From Candidatus Fermentibacteraceae bacterium (lineage in GTDB: Bacteria > Fermentibacterota > Fermentibacteria > Fermentibacterales > JCC-6): a DNA stretch of 64,000 nt. The translations under genes were made by a program, and so were the position numbers. The DNA lies in the NCBI GenBank assembly GCA_027067855.1, contig JAMOUX010000025.1, positions 11,228 through 75,227 of the forward strand, in the 5' to 3' direction. Positions 48,959 through 57,856 of this stretch are shown here, piece by piece; within the stretch, counting starts at the first letter, position 1, and the number at the start of each line of letters is the position of its first letter. Under the pieces are notes generated by a model, which did not search any database, was not told the DNA's origin, and saw only the letters and a list, made by a program, of their open reading frames with translations.

Positions 48959-50971
48959 TTGAATAAGTTCAGAATCATAGGTTATTACGTATTATCGGCT
49001 TTCTTCCTCCTTCTCGCGTCGGGACGGTTCCTCCCCGGGGAAGACGACACGGGAGACTACGTCACCAGGGCAGCCGGGATCGGAATCTTCCTGGTATCCG
49101 CGGCCCTCGCCGTACTGTTCCAGAGAAGATTGTCCAGGGAAGAAAACCGCCTGGGAATTTACTTCATCTGTTCTCTCCTGATCCTGTCCGTTCAGCTTAC
49201 CGGCGGTCCGGACGGCTTCGTCTACCCGGCTTACTTCCTGTTTCTCGCCTGGGTCTCCCTGCCCTCCGTAGGGCGATCCGCCACGGAGTTGGGCCTGGTT
49301 ATCGGATTCGTAGAGGCGGCGGCTCTCTTCAGTTCCACCATGTGGACCGGAAGCGAACCAACGATAACGAAGCTGGAGGCGCTGCTGCTGCCCTCGCTGC
49401 GGGCCCTGTTGTCACCCTTCCTGTTCGGCCTGGCCGTGGAGTGGTTATCGGAAAGGGATTTCCCGCTTTCCGGAACTTCCCGGACGGAAATCCGCCGGAC
49501 CCATGCCGCCCCTTCCCTTCGGGGATATTCCCACGAGGTACTTCTCGATATGTTCCAGGCGGGGTGCCTATCCGACACCACGTTCCTGTTCCTCGCCGGC
49601 GAGAACGGCGCCTTCACCCTGGCGGAAAGTTCACCCGGAAACGGGAACGCTCCACCGAACATCGTCCTTTCCGGAGAACACAGGCTTTCACGCATGGCTA
49701 CGGAAGGAACCGATCCCGTTCTCATAAGGCTCGATTCTCCCGGAGAACGCAGGGAACTCTTTCCGGTCCCGCCGCGGACCGGTGGAGCCGGACCTTCCTG
49801 GGTACTGTTCTGTCCCCTGAAATCCACGGCCGGAAAAGGCGCCTCGGGCTTCCTCCTCCAGGAATTTTCCGGCGATCGTCCCTCCAGGGAAAGCATAAAA
49901 GCCCTGGAAAGGTTCGCCGGGATACTCGGCCGCGGAAACACCGGACCCGGATCCGACTACGGAATCGCCGCTCTCTTCCTGCGCATGGTGAACGTCTGTC
50001 TCCCCGGGAACTTCGAAAGGGCCGCGACGGAAATCACCGGCATTCTTGCGGAATCGATTCCCGGTTCAACCGTCTCCGTGGCCCGGGTGGATCATGTCCG
50101 GGGAACCACCGTAATCCTGGTTTCCATGGGGCCGACGGCAAGAAGGAGGGAGGGAGCCGCCTATGCAATCACGGAAGGCGTGGCGGGATGGATAATCAGA
50201 AACGGGGTTTCATGCAGGAGAACCCGACTGGGACACGGTCCGGAAGCCGTGGGCAGTTTCTCGGGCAAGGGAGGCCACATTCAGGCGGGAAGCATAGTGG
50301 GCGCCCCCATAAAAACGGGTAATGCGGTGTCCGGATTGATAATGATGGAACATCCGGGCGGTGAAACCTTCACCAGGGAACATGAGAAAATAGTGGAAGC
50401 GGCGGCGGGCCTTCTCGCGATCCGGATGGAGATGGACGAGATGACCGGTCGATTCGAGAACCTTTCGGGAATGGACGGACTTACCGGGTTGCCCGGCATG
50501 ACACTGTTCGACGAACACCTCCACGAGATGGCGAGGGAGGTACAGACCTACGGTTGGTACGTAGGTGTCGTAATCGCCGACGTGGATGGTTTCCGCGATT
50601 TGAACGGGAAGCTGGGATACCGGAGTTGCGATACGCTCCTGCACAACGCCGCCGAGCGTTTCAAGGGCTGTTTCCCCGACGGCGTCTTCATAGCCAGGAC
50701 CGGTCCCGACAGCTTCGGGGCCTGCATTCCCAGAACCAACGGCGGGGTTATGGAGGCTTTGTGCCAGAAGGTGGTCGATTCCCTCTCCTTTTCCTTCGGG
50801 GAAGGGAATCGCGGCGCCGGGGTAACGGCATCGGTGGGAGGAGTCTACACTTACGTGAACAGGAAAGTACTCCTGTTGGCAAGCGAAGCGGAGAAAGCCG
50901 CCGAAGAGGCCAAAGCGACCGGCAGGGGTTCATACGTGGTGAAAAAGCTCGCAGGACGGGGAAAAACGTGA
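48959..50971 (+). CDS. Membrane GAF + degenerate GGDEF domain protein
   Basis: About 5 N-terminal TM helices; GAF (GVAGW, VGAPI); DGLTGL, DVDGFRDLN, ARTGPDSF, TASVG. Confidence 0.8.
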   Translation: MNKFRIIGYYVLSAFFLLLASGRFLPGEDDTGDYVTRAAGIGIFLVSAALAVLFQRRLSREENRLGIYFICSLLILSVQLTGGPDGFVYPAYFLFLAWVSLPSVGRSATELGLVIGFVEAAALFSSTMWTGSEPTITKLEALLLPSLRALLSPFLFGLAVEWLSERDFPLSGTSRTEIRRTHAAPSLRGYSHEVLLDMFQAGCLSDTTFLFLAGENGAFTLAESSPGNGNAPPNIVLSGEHRLSRMATEGTDPVLIRLDSPGERRELFPVPPRTGGAGPSWVLFCPLKSTAGKGASGFLLQEFSGDRPSRESIKALERFAGILGRGNTGPGSDYGIAALFLRMVNVCLPGNFERAATEITGILAESIPGSTVSVARVDHVRGTTVILVSMGPTARRREGAAYAITEGVAGWIIRNGVSCRRTRLGHGPEAVGSFSGKGGHIQAGSIVGAPIKTGNAVSGLIMMEHPGGETFTREHEKIVEAAAGLLAIRMEMDEMTGRFENLSGMDGLTGLPGMTLFDEHLHEMAREVQTYGWYVGVVIADVDGFRDLNGKLGYRSCDTLLHNAAERFKGCFPDGVFIARTGPDSFGACIPRTNGGVMEALCQKVVDSLSFSFGEGNRGAGVTASVGGVYTYVNRKVLLLASEAEKAAEEAKATGRGSYVVKKLAGRGKT

Positions 50972-51354
50972 AGAAACCGATAAGACGCATATTTCTGGCG
51001 TGCGTGGCGGCCGGGATATTCTTCCTGAGCAGTCAGCCTTCCCTGGGAATACTGCCCCCGCTGTTTCCCCATCAGGACAAGGTCTTGCACCTGGTGGAAT
51101 ACGCGGTACTCTACTGGGCGTTGTTTCTCAACAGGGATCTTTGTCCCGAACGAAAACGCACGGCGATACTTTTCGCCGTGGGTCTTCTATACGCCTTGAG
51201 CGACGAAATCCACCAGGGGTTCGTTACCGGAAGAGATTGTTCCGCAGCGGACTTCGCCGCAGATGCCACCGGGCTGGCCGCGGGCGCAGCGGCCTGTTCG
51301 GGGCTCGGCAAAAAGACGAAAGACTCCCCCGGAGCCCCGGCGGACTCTGCTTGA
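50968..51354 (+). CDS. VanZ family membrane protein
   Basis: IFFLSSQP, DKVLHLVEYAVL, SDEIHQGFVTGR, DFAAD. Confidence 0.88.
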   Translation: MKKPIRRIFLACVAAGIFFLSSQPSLGILPPLFPHQDKVLHLVEYAVLYWALFLNRDLCPERKRTAILFAVGLLYALSDEIHQGFVTGRDCSAADFAADATGLAAGAAACSGLGKKTKDSPGAPADSA

Positions 51355-51378
51355 CATCCATTGGATTTCGGGTAAGAT
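51351..51378 (+). promoter_or_regulatory. Near-consensus sigma70 promoter of lipoprotein-LysM operon
   Basis: TTGACA-16 nt-TAAGAT followed by an AT-rich leader. Confidence 0.6.
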
Positions 51379-51474
51379 TTTAGTCTGGCTTTAAGTTAAA
51401 CACCAATAGGAAATCAACCGTATCACCTTGCAGGAAAAACTTCAACCGAATGAAATCGAGAGGAGGTGCCAGGT

Positions 51475-51747
51475 ATGCTCAAGACGAGAACGACGTGGTT
51501 CTGTCTTGGACTCCTGAGCGTGTCCCTGCTGCTGACGGCATGCGGTCCCAGCGCCGAAGAACTTCAGGCCAGGGACGATGCCCGTGCCGCTGCGTTGGCA
51601 GCTGAAGCCCGTGCCGACAACCTCGAGCAAGAACTCGAAAGCCTTCCCGGCGAAATAGCCGATGCCCAGGAAGAGATAGCGGCTCTCGAAGCCGAACTTG
51701 CCGAGCTTCAGGCCGAATACGAATCACTCGGCGGCGGAAGCCGATAG
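51475..51747 (+). CDS. Small acidic coiled-coil lipoprotein
   Basis: AGGAGG SD; lipobox LLTAC; Ala/Glu/Leu heptads. Confidence 0.8.
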   Translation: MLKTRTTWFCLGLLSVSLLLTACGPSAEELQARDDARAAALAAEARADNLEQELESLPGEIADAQEEIAALEAELAELQAEYESLGGGSR

Positions 51748-51764
51748 CAAGGAAGGGGAAAATA

Positions 51765-52445
51765 ATGAAGCGTACTCTGGTTCTTACCATGCTGCTTTGC
51801 CTCGGCCTTGCTTCCGTCGGTTTCGCCAAGACCTGGACGGCGGATGAACTTTCCGCCTACTCACAGGACGAGATCGAGGCAATGGGTGATGACAACATCC
51901 ATCTTCAGATAGCTTACTGGGAATGGAGAAAATCCGAGGCCGATGCCCGCATAGCCGAGCTCGAGCCCCAAGTGCTTCCCCTCAGGGAAACCCTCGCGGA
52001 ACTCCAGGCCCGTATAAACGACCTCAACAGCCAGATCAACGCCCTCAAGTCCGAAATCGAGAGGCTCCGCAACGCCGGCGTTCAGCATCTCATCAAGGAA
52101 GGTGAAAGCCTTTGGCTCATCGCTTCCTACCACTACAACTACAACGACGGCTCCAAGTGGCCTCTTATCTATGAACGCAACAAGGATACCATAAGCGATC
52201 CCAACCTCATCTACGCCGGTGAATACCTCTGGGTGCCCCTTCCCATGCTCACTTCCTACACCGTTGTGGAAGGCGACTACCTGGGCAAGATAGCCGGTTA
52301 CAGCAGGGTTTACGGCGACAGGGGAATGTGGCCTCAACTCTACGAGGCGAATCGCGACAAAATAAGCGATCCCAACCTCATCTACCCCGGACAGGTGCTG
52401 GACATTCCCAGATCCGCAAGATCCAGGGCCAGGGTAGACCGTTAG
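51765..52445 (+). CDS. Exported coiled-coil + tandem LysM protein
   Basis: Signal peptide; heptad region; IKEGESLWLIA...ISDPNLIYAG and VVEGDYLGKIA...ISDPNLIYPGQVLDIP. Confidence 0.9.
   Translation: MKRTLVLTMLLCLGLASVGFAKTWTADELSAYSQDEIEAMGDDNIHLQIAYWEWRKSEADARIAELEPQVLPLRETLAELQARINDLNSQINALKSEIERLRNAGVQHLIKEGESLWLIASYHYNYNDGSKWPLIYERNKDTISDPNLIYAGEYLWVPLPMLTSYTVVEGDYLGKIAGYSRVYGDRGMWPQLYEANRDKISDPNLIYPGQVLDIPRSARSRARVDR
52191..52385 (+). repeat. 24-nt exact direct repeat inside the two LysM domains
   Basis: ATAAGCGATCCCAACCTCATCTAC at 52191-52214 and 52362-52385. Confidence 0.85.
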
Positions 52446-52464
52446 AAAAAACCCTGAAATGGCT

Positions 52465-52499
52465 GGAAGGCTCTTCACAGATTCTGTGAAGAGTCTTCC
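52465..52499 (+). terminator. Long hairpin after LysM gene (terminator or stabiliser)
   Basis: GGAAGGCTCTTCACAG-ATT-CTGTGAAGAGTCTTCC 16-bp stem; weak U-tract. Confidence 0.65.
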
Positions 52500-52523
52500 G
52501 CCGTTTGGGAAGATGATCACGCG

Positions 52524-53471
52524 ATGACCGAGAAAAGTTTCACATCCGGCTTTCCTCTTTCCAGGGAATCGGCCGTTAAGATTTTTGGACCCCGGGACGG
52601 AAACCTGCGGAAGATTTCCAGTGCGATGAACGTGAAAATTTCGTACAGAGACGGTTTCCTCAAGATATCCGGCGAACGGGTTCCCGTGGAAAGGACCACG
52701 GCGGTATTCACCAGGTTGGAGCACGAGCTGAGCGTATCCGGATCCCTCAGTCCTCACAGCGTCGACGCCGCCCTGGGTTTCCCCGCCGAACATGATGAAT
52801 CCCTGGAACTGTCCGTGCCCGGCAGGGCCGGACGGATAATCCCCAAGACCACGGGCCAGGCCGCCTACCTGGAGGCGATGCGTTCCTCGGAAATAGTTTT
52901 CTGCATAGGACCCGCAGGAACGGGAAAAACTTTCCTGGCCGTGGCCGGCGCAGTCGCCGCGCTTACGGAGGGACAGGTGGAAAGAATCATCATTTCCAGG
53001 CCGGCGGTGGAGGCCGGTGAAAGCCTGGGGTTCCTCCCCGGGGACCTCCAGCAGAAGATAGATCCTTACCTGAAACCCGTTTACGATGCCCTGGACGACA
53101 CTCTTTCACCGGGCAGGGTGAAAAGGGCCATAGACAACAGGGTAATAGAGGTGGCGCCCCTGGCCTACATGCGGGGAAGGACTCTCAATAACGCTTTCGT
53201 TATTCTCGACGAGGCACAGAACACCACCATCACCCAGCTCAAGATGTTCCTCACCAGGCTTGGGTACAACTCCCGGGCGGTTATAACCGGGGATGTTACG
53301 CAGGTTGATCTCAAACCGCGATCCGCGTCGGGTCTGGTGGCCATCGGTGATATCCTGTCGGGAATCCAGGGAATTCATTTCACGTACCTGGATAAGAACG
53401 ACGTGGTACGGCATCCACTGGTGCAGAGAATAATAAACGCTTTCGAAAAGTCCGGGGAAAAACCAAGATGA
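52524..53471 (+). CDS. PhoH-family (YbeZ-like) ATPase
   Basis: KH-like N-terminus; GPAGTGKT, RPAVEAGE-LGFLPG, YMRGRTL, DEAQN, VVRH. Confidence 0.95.
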   Translation: MTEKSFTSGFPLSRESAVKIFGPRDGNLRKISSAMNVKISYRDGFLKISGERVPVERTTAVFTRLEHELSVSGSLSPHSVDAALGFPAEHDESLELSVPGRAGRIIPKTTGQAAYLEAMRSSEIVFCIGPAGTGKTFLAVAGAVAALTEGQVERIIISRPAVEAGESLGFLPGDLQQKIDPYLKPVYDALDDTLSPGRVKRAIDNRVIEVAPLAYMRGRTLNNAFVILDEAQNTTITQLKMFLTRLGYNSRAVITGDVTQVDLKPRSASGLVAIGDILSGIQGIHFTYLDKNDVVRHPLVQRIINAFEKSGEKPR

Positions 53472-55486
53472 GCGTCAGGAATCTTTTCGCCGCGACAATA
53501 GTGATCGTCGGAGCGGCGGCCACTTTCTACCTCCTGCTGGTCCCGGCGAGAAACGTAGTGGATATAGAGGTAACGCCGGGTCAGGTTTTCCCCCATGATA
53601 TAATCGCTCCCGTAGACTTCGATCTGCCGTATTCACACGAGGAATTCCAGAGGATCCGGGAAGATTACTTCTCCTCCATACCCATCCACCTGCGTTTCGA
53701 CCCGGCGATCTGGCCGGAGCTGTCGGGCAGGATACACTCCGGACTTCTGGCACTAACGGGTGATTCTTCGTTTACCGCTGGAATGGTACGGGAACTGGAA
53801 GAGATATACAATGAGGGGGTCTTCGACCTGAAAAACGTCCGGGAATATTACGCCGGGGACCGCGCCGTGGTACTCAGGGACGGAACGTCGGAAGATCGTA
53901 ATTTATTCGATCTGAACGAGGTATCCGATGTCAGGGAAACCCTGATCATGCGGGCGGGCAACCTGGAAATTCCCCGACGGAACCTCGATACCCTTGCGGC
54001 CATCCTGGAACCCAATCTCATGGTCGACGCTTCGGCCAGGCAGGTCGAAGCTGAAACCGCCGTCTCCCGTCTGAGCAACATAGACACAACCATAACGGCG
54101 GGAAGTATCCTGCTTCCCGCGGGACAACCCGTTACCGCCAGGACCGTACAATACATAGAGCAGCTCAAGAGAGTGGAGTTGGAGAATCGCGAACTCAAGA
54201 CGGAACTGGGACTCGTTCTTCTGGCCCTGATCCTGGTAGGTATCGCCCTTTATTACGTTCACGACATGATGCCCAAGACCTGGGGAACTCCGAACAGGTT
54301 CATGCTTCTGGGAACCATATGGATACTGGCTCTCGCGGCCACAGGGGCCGGCTGGCTGGCCCTGGGAAGCAATACCGTTTATCCCTACGCGACCATGGTG
54401 ACCTTCGGCGCCACCCTGACCAGCATATTCTTCCACAGAAGGCACGCGGTATTCATGACGGTGATATTCTCCCTGATAACAGCCATGGTGCATCCCCATC
54501 CCTACACCGTGGTCCTCACCGGAACCGTGAGCGGGATCCTGGCCGCAATGGCCGCGTGGGACGTAAGGCAGAGGCGAAGCATACCCCTGGCCACCGGTCT
54601 CTCCGCCGCGGGCGGCACCGGAGTATTCCTGGTATTGAAACTGATGGATACCTCGCTTTATTCCCAGGACACCACCTGGGGAGCCCTTGGCCTGCTGTTG
54701 GCGCCCGTGGTGGGAATCGGCTCCGCCAGCGCCCTGCTCCTGATATTCGAAAGGATCTTCGGCGTATACACCGTGCTCTCCATCGAGGAAGTGAACAAGA
54801 CCGATCACCCGTTGCTCAAGAAGATGCGGGAAGTCGCCCCGGGAACCTGGAATCATTCCCAGTTGGTGGCCGAACTCGCCGGAAGGGCCGCCGGAGCCAT
54901 AGGCGCGTGGGAGGCCCTGGCTTCCGCCGGGGGATACTTCCATGACATCGGCAAGATGAAAAACCCCGAGTTATTCATAGAAAATCAGAGGACCGACGAG
55001 AATCCCCACGACAGCATGGATCCCAAGTTGAGCGCGAGGAGGATAATCGCCCATGTCAAGGACGGTGTAAAGATGGCGAAGAAGGCCAAGCTCCCCAGGG
55101 CCGTCATCGATATAATCGCGCAGCACCACGGTACAAGCCTTGTAAGGTATTTCTACAACAAGGCGGTAAGAGAAGCGGGAGACCCATCCCTGGTAGATAA
55201 GAAGGATTTCACCTACCCGGGGCCCAAGCCCACCAGCAACGAGGCCGTCCTGGTCATGCTGGCCGATCAGGTCGCTTCAGCGACCAGGAACCTGGCGACT
55301 CCCGAAGAAGTGGCGGCGATGGTTTCCAAGGTGGTGGACGAGAAGGACCTGGAGGGAGAATTGGACGAATGTCACATCACCAGGCGCAACCTGAAAACCA
55401 TCGTCGAAGTCTTCACGACCACGCTGGAGAGCAAGTTCTATAAACGGGTCCGGGACTATCCCATGGGAGATGATTCCAGTGGTTAG
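53468..55486 (+). CDS. 7TM-HD (HDIG) phosphodiesterase, PgpH/YqfF-like
   Basis: Extracellular domain, 7 TM, APGTWNHS, FHDIGK, FIENQ, HVKDG, QHHGT, YPGPKP, MLAD. Confidence 0.88.
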   Translation: MSVRNLFAATIVIVGAAATFYLLLVPARNVVDIEVTPGQVFPHDIIAPVDFDLPYSHEEFQRIREDYFSSIPIHLRFDPAIWPELSGRIHSGLLALTGDSSFTAGMVRELEEIYNEGVFDLKNVREYYAGDRAVVLRDGTSEDRNLFDLNEVSDVRETLIMRAGNLEIPRRNLDTLAAILEPNLMVDASARQVEAETAVSRLSNIDTTITAGSILLPAGQPVTARTVQYIEQLKRVELENRELKTELGLVLLALILVGIALYYVHDMMPKTWGTPNRFMLLGTIWILALAATGAGWLALGSNTVYPYATMVTFGATLTSIFFHRRHAVFMTVIFSLITAMVHPHPYTVVLTGTVSGILAAMAAWDVRQRRSIPLATGLSAAGGTGVFLVLKLMDTSLYSQDTTWGALGLLLAPVVGIGSASALLLIFERIFGVYTVLSIEEVNKTDHPLLKKMREVAPGTWNHSQLVAELAGRAAGAIGAWEALASAGGYFHDIGKMKNPELFIENQRTDENPHDSMDPKLSARRIIAHVKDGVKMAKKAKLPRAVIDIIAQHHGTSLVRYFYNKAVREAGDPSLVDKKDFTYPGPKPTSNEAVLVMLADQVASATRNLATPEEVAAMVSKVVDEKDLEGELDECHITRRNLKTIVEVFTTTLESKFYKRVRDYPMGDDSSG

Positions 55487-55862
55487 GATGATCATTCTCG
55501 CGGGGGAAACCGGTCTGGATTCATCCCGGCTCGGCGAGGCACTGGATTCCCTCATGGAAGGTAACATAGAGGTGGTCATAACCGATCCGGGGCACATGAA
55601 GGCCCTGAATTCGCGCTTCAGGCATGTGGACAGGCCAACGGACGTACTGACCTTCGACCTGGCCGATGAAGGCGATGCGGATCCCGAAGGTACCATCTTC
55701 GTGGACGGAAGGTTGCATCCACCCATTGAGGAACTACTGGAACGCATCTTACACGGATACCTCCATCTTCGCGGTTATTCGCACGACACCCACGAGGATT
55801 CCGTCGCAATGGCGGCGGAGGTCGACGCGCTGGTTAAGAAAGCTTTGGAGAAATACCGATGA
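55470..55862 (+). CDS. ybeY: rRNA maturation endoribonuclease YbeY
   Basis: LNSRFR, PTDVLTF, HGYLHLRGYSH. Confidence 0.88.
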   Translation: MIPVVRMIILAGETGLDSSRLGEALDSLMEGNIEVVITDPGHMKALNSRFRHVDRPTDVLTFDLADEGDADPEGTIFVDGRLHPPIEELLERILHGYLHLRGYSHDTHEDSVAMAAEVDALVKKALEKYR

Positions 55863-57082
55863 ACCCGTACCTTGCTTCCGTCTCGTACTGCCTGGGCTTC
55901 CTTCTCGTATTCATCGCTTCCGGGATCAGGTCATGCATGCCGGAATTGATATCCTCCAAGGGAAGGGATCCTTCCGAGAGGAGGAGGGCCGCGGTTCTTC
56001 ATCTGGGTATCGTGTGGCTCACTCACTTCACGGGACTGGTACTTTCGGGAGCGGGATCGGCGCTTCTCGCGGAACCTCTCGAGAGTCTCGGCCTGCCGGC
56101 GTGGGCGGGATTCCTGGGACCCGTCGCCTTCCTGTTTCTGTTCGCCGTGCTGCTGCCGTCGTTCCTCGGAGGGAAAAACCCCGGGGAATTGCTGAGGGTA
56201 CTGAAATTCCCGTACTTTTTCCTTTCGCTGATTTTCAGGGCACCCGTACTCCTGCTCCTTCGCGGTACCAACGACGACGGTTCCGAGGGAGTGACATGGC
56301 TGATCACTCCCCCGGACATGATATGGCTCGAGAGAAGACGGGAAAAGGGCGAGCCCGGCGAGTTCGAGAAGGAACAGGAGATGATGGACAGCATCATGGA
56401 CTTCTCGGACAAGATAGTACGGGAAGTGATGGTACCCAGGATAGACATGGTCTGCGTGGATATAAACGCCGACCTTCCCACCGTCATAAGGGAGTTGGAG
56501 AAGGCCGGGCATTCGCGAATACCGGTCTACGAGGGAAAGATAGACGATATCAAGGGGCTCCTGTACGCCAAGGATCTGCTCCCCTTGCTGGCCTCGGGCG
56601 ATACGGACTTCGATCTCCGGAAGATAATCAGGCCTCCCTATTTCGTCCCGGAATACAAGAGAATAGACGACCTGATGAGGGAGTTCCAGTCCAAGAGAAT
56701 CCACATGGCGATAGTGGTGGACGAATACGGCGGCACGGCGGGGCTGGTGACCCTGGAAGACATAATGGAAGAAGTCTTCGGCGAGATATTCGACGAGTAC
56801 GACGAAGAATCGCTCCTGGTCAAGAAACTGGACGACGGCTCGTATATTCTTGACGCCAGGCTGCCCATTGACGACCTGAACGAACTCCTGGACACCAATT
56901 TCGCCGACGACGATTTCGAGAGCCTGGGAGGCATGGTATACCAGCTCATGGGCAAGATTCCGAGGCCCGGGGAAAGTACGGAATTCTCGGGATTCCGTTT
57001 CTCCGTCGAACAGGTCAGGGCGCAACGCATCCTCAAGGTCAGAGTGGAATCCCTGCACGAGACCGGAGGGAACGATCGCTGA
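55859..57082 (+). CDS. Hemolysin/CorC-family CBS-domain membrane protein
   Basis: VREVMVPR, HSRIPV, AIVVDEYGGTAGLVTLEDI, CorC_HlyC C-terminus. Confidence 0.9.
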   Translation: MNPYLASVSYCLGFLLVFIASGIRSCMPELISSKGRDPSERRRAAVLHLGIVWLTHFTGLVLSGAGSALLAEPLESLGLPAWAGFLGPVAFLFLFAVLLPSFLGGKNPGELLRVLKFPYFFLSLIFRAPVLLLLRGTNDDGSEGVTWLITPPDMIWLERRREKGEPGEFEKEQEMMDSIMDFSDKIVREVMVPRIDMVCVDINADLPTVIRELEKAGHSRIPVYEGKIDDIKGLLYAKDLLPLLASGDTDFDLRKIIRPPYFVPEYKRIDDLMREFQSKRIHMAIVVDEYGGTAGLVTLEDIMEEVFGEIFDEYDEESLLVKKLDDGSYILDARLPIDDLNELLDTNFADDDFESLGGMVYQLMGKIPRPGESTEFSGFRFSVEQVRAQRILKVRVESLHETGGNDR

Positions 57083-57103
57083 TTACGGGAGGAGGCACCG
57101 AAG

Positions 57104-57856
57104 ATAAGGACGACCACTCCCGCTTTCGTTCTCAGGAGGGTGAGATGGAGCGAGTCATCCCTGATCCTGACGTTGTACTCCCTGGACTTCGGAAGGATAT
57201 CCGTAATGGCCAAGGGTGCTCTCAGGCCCAGGAGCGGCTTTCACGGGAAGTTCGAACACTTTTCCATGGTGGATATTTCTCTCTCCCGCAGGGAGAACAG
57301 GGAGATGGACACGGCCACCGAGGCATGGGTAAGGAAGGATTACCGGGAGATCAGGAATGATCCCGTGGGTTACGCCCATTCTTGCCTTTTCGTAGAGTGG
57401 CTGTTATTCTCCGTAACCGGCAGCGAGCCGTCCCATCCCATGTTCCACCTGATCGGCTCGGTTCTCGACAGTTTCGCCAAGGGACCGCCTTTCTGGCCCG
57501 TGCAGTGCTCGGGCATGGAAAAGGTCCTGAGACTGTCGGGTTTCGCCATGGAACTCGACCGCTGCGTGAGATGCGGGAAAGAATCGCCTCGCAACCCCGC
57601 CTGGAGTCCCGGAGACGGGGGTATCGTATGCGGCGGCTGTTCCGGTGACGGAGACGGAGAGGTACCGGCGGGAATACTGGCCTTCCTGAAAAAAACCGGC
57701 AAGGCGCCCGTCGAGGCAGCCAGGCGGATATCCCTCTGGAAAGGGGGATTCAAGCACTGCTTCCGCGTGCTCGAGGAATTCGCGGAAATACACCTCGAAA
57801 AGAGAAAAACTTTCAAATCACTTTCCGTACTGGAGGATCTCGAAGATGACCGCTGA
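57104..57856 (+). CDS. recO: DNA repair protein RecO
   Basis: AFVLRR..WSESSLIL, AKGALR, CVRCG and CGGC Zn finger; homologous N-terminus begins at ATA 57104, upstream of GTG 57140. Confidence 0.9.
   Translation: MRTTTPAFVLRRVRWSESSLILTLYSLDFGRISVMAKGALRPRSGFHGKFEHFSMVDISLSRRENREMDTATEAWVRKDYREIRNDPVGYAHSCLFVEWLLFSVTGSEPSHPMFHLIGSVLDSFAKGPPFWPVQCSGMEKVLRLSGFAMELDRCVRCGKESPRNPAWSPGDGGIVCGGCSGDGDGEVPAGILAFLKKTGKAPVEAARRISLWKGGFKHCFRVLEEFAEIHLEKRKTFKSLSVLEDLEDDR

Noticed and set aside
52191..52385. 24-nt direct repeat as CRISPR or att site
   Set aside because: Only two copies, both in frame within homologous LysM domains
57080..57082. Selenocysteine recoding of the TGA between the CBS gene and recO
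   Set aside because: Not in a redox motif, no evident SECIS hairpin, and an SD plus ATA explains the in-frame continuation
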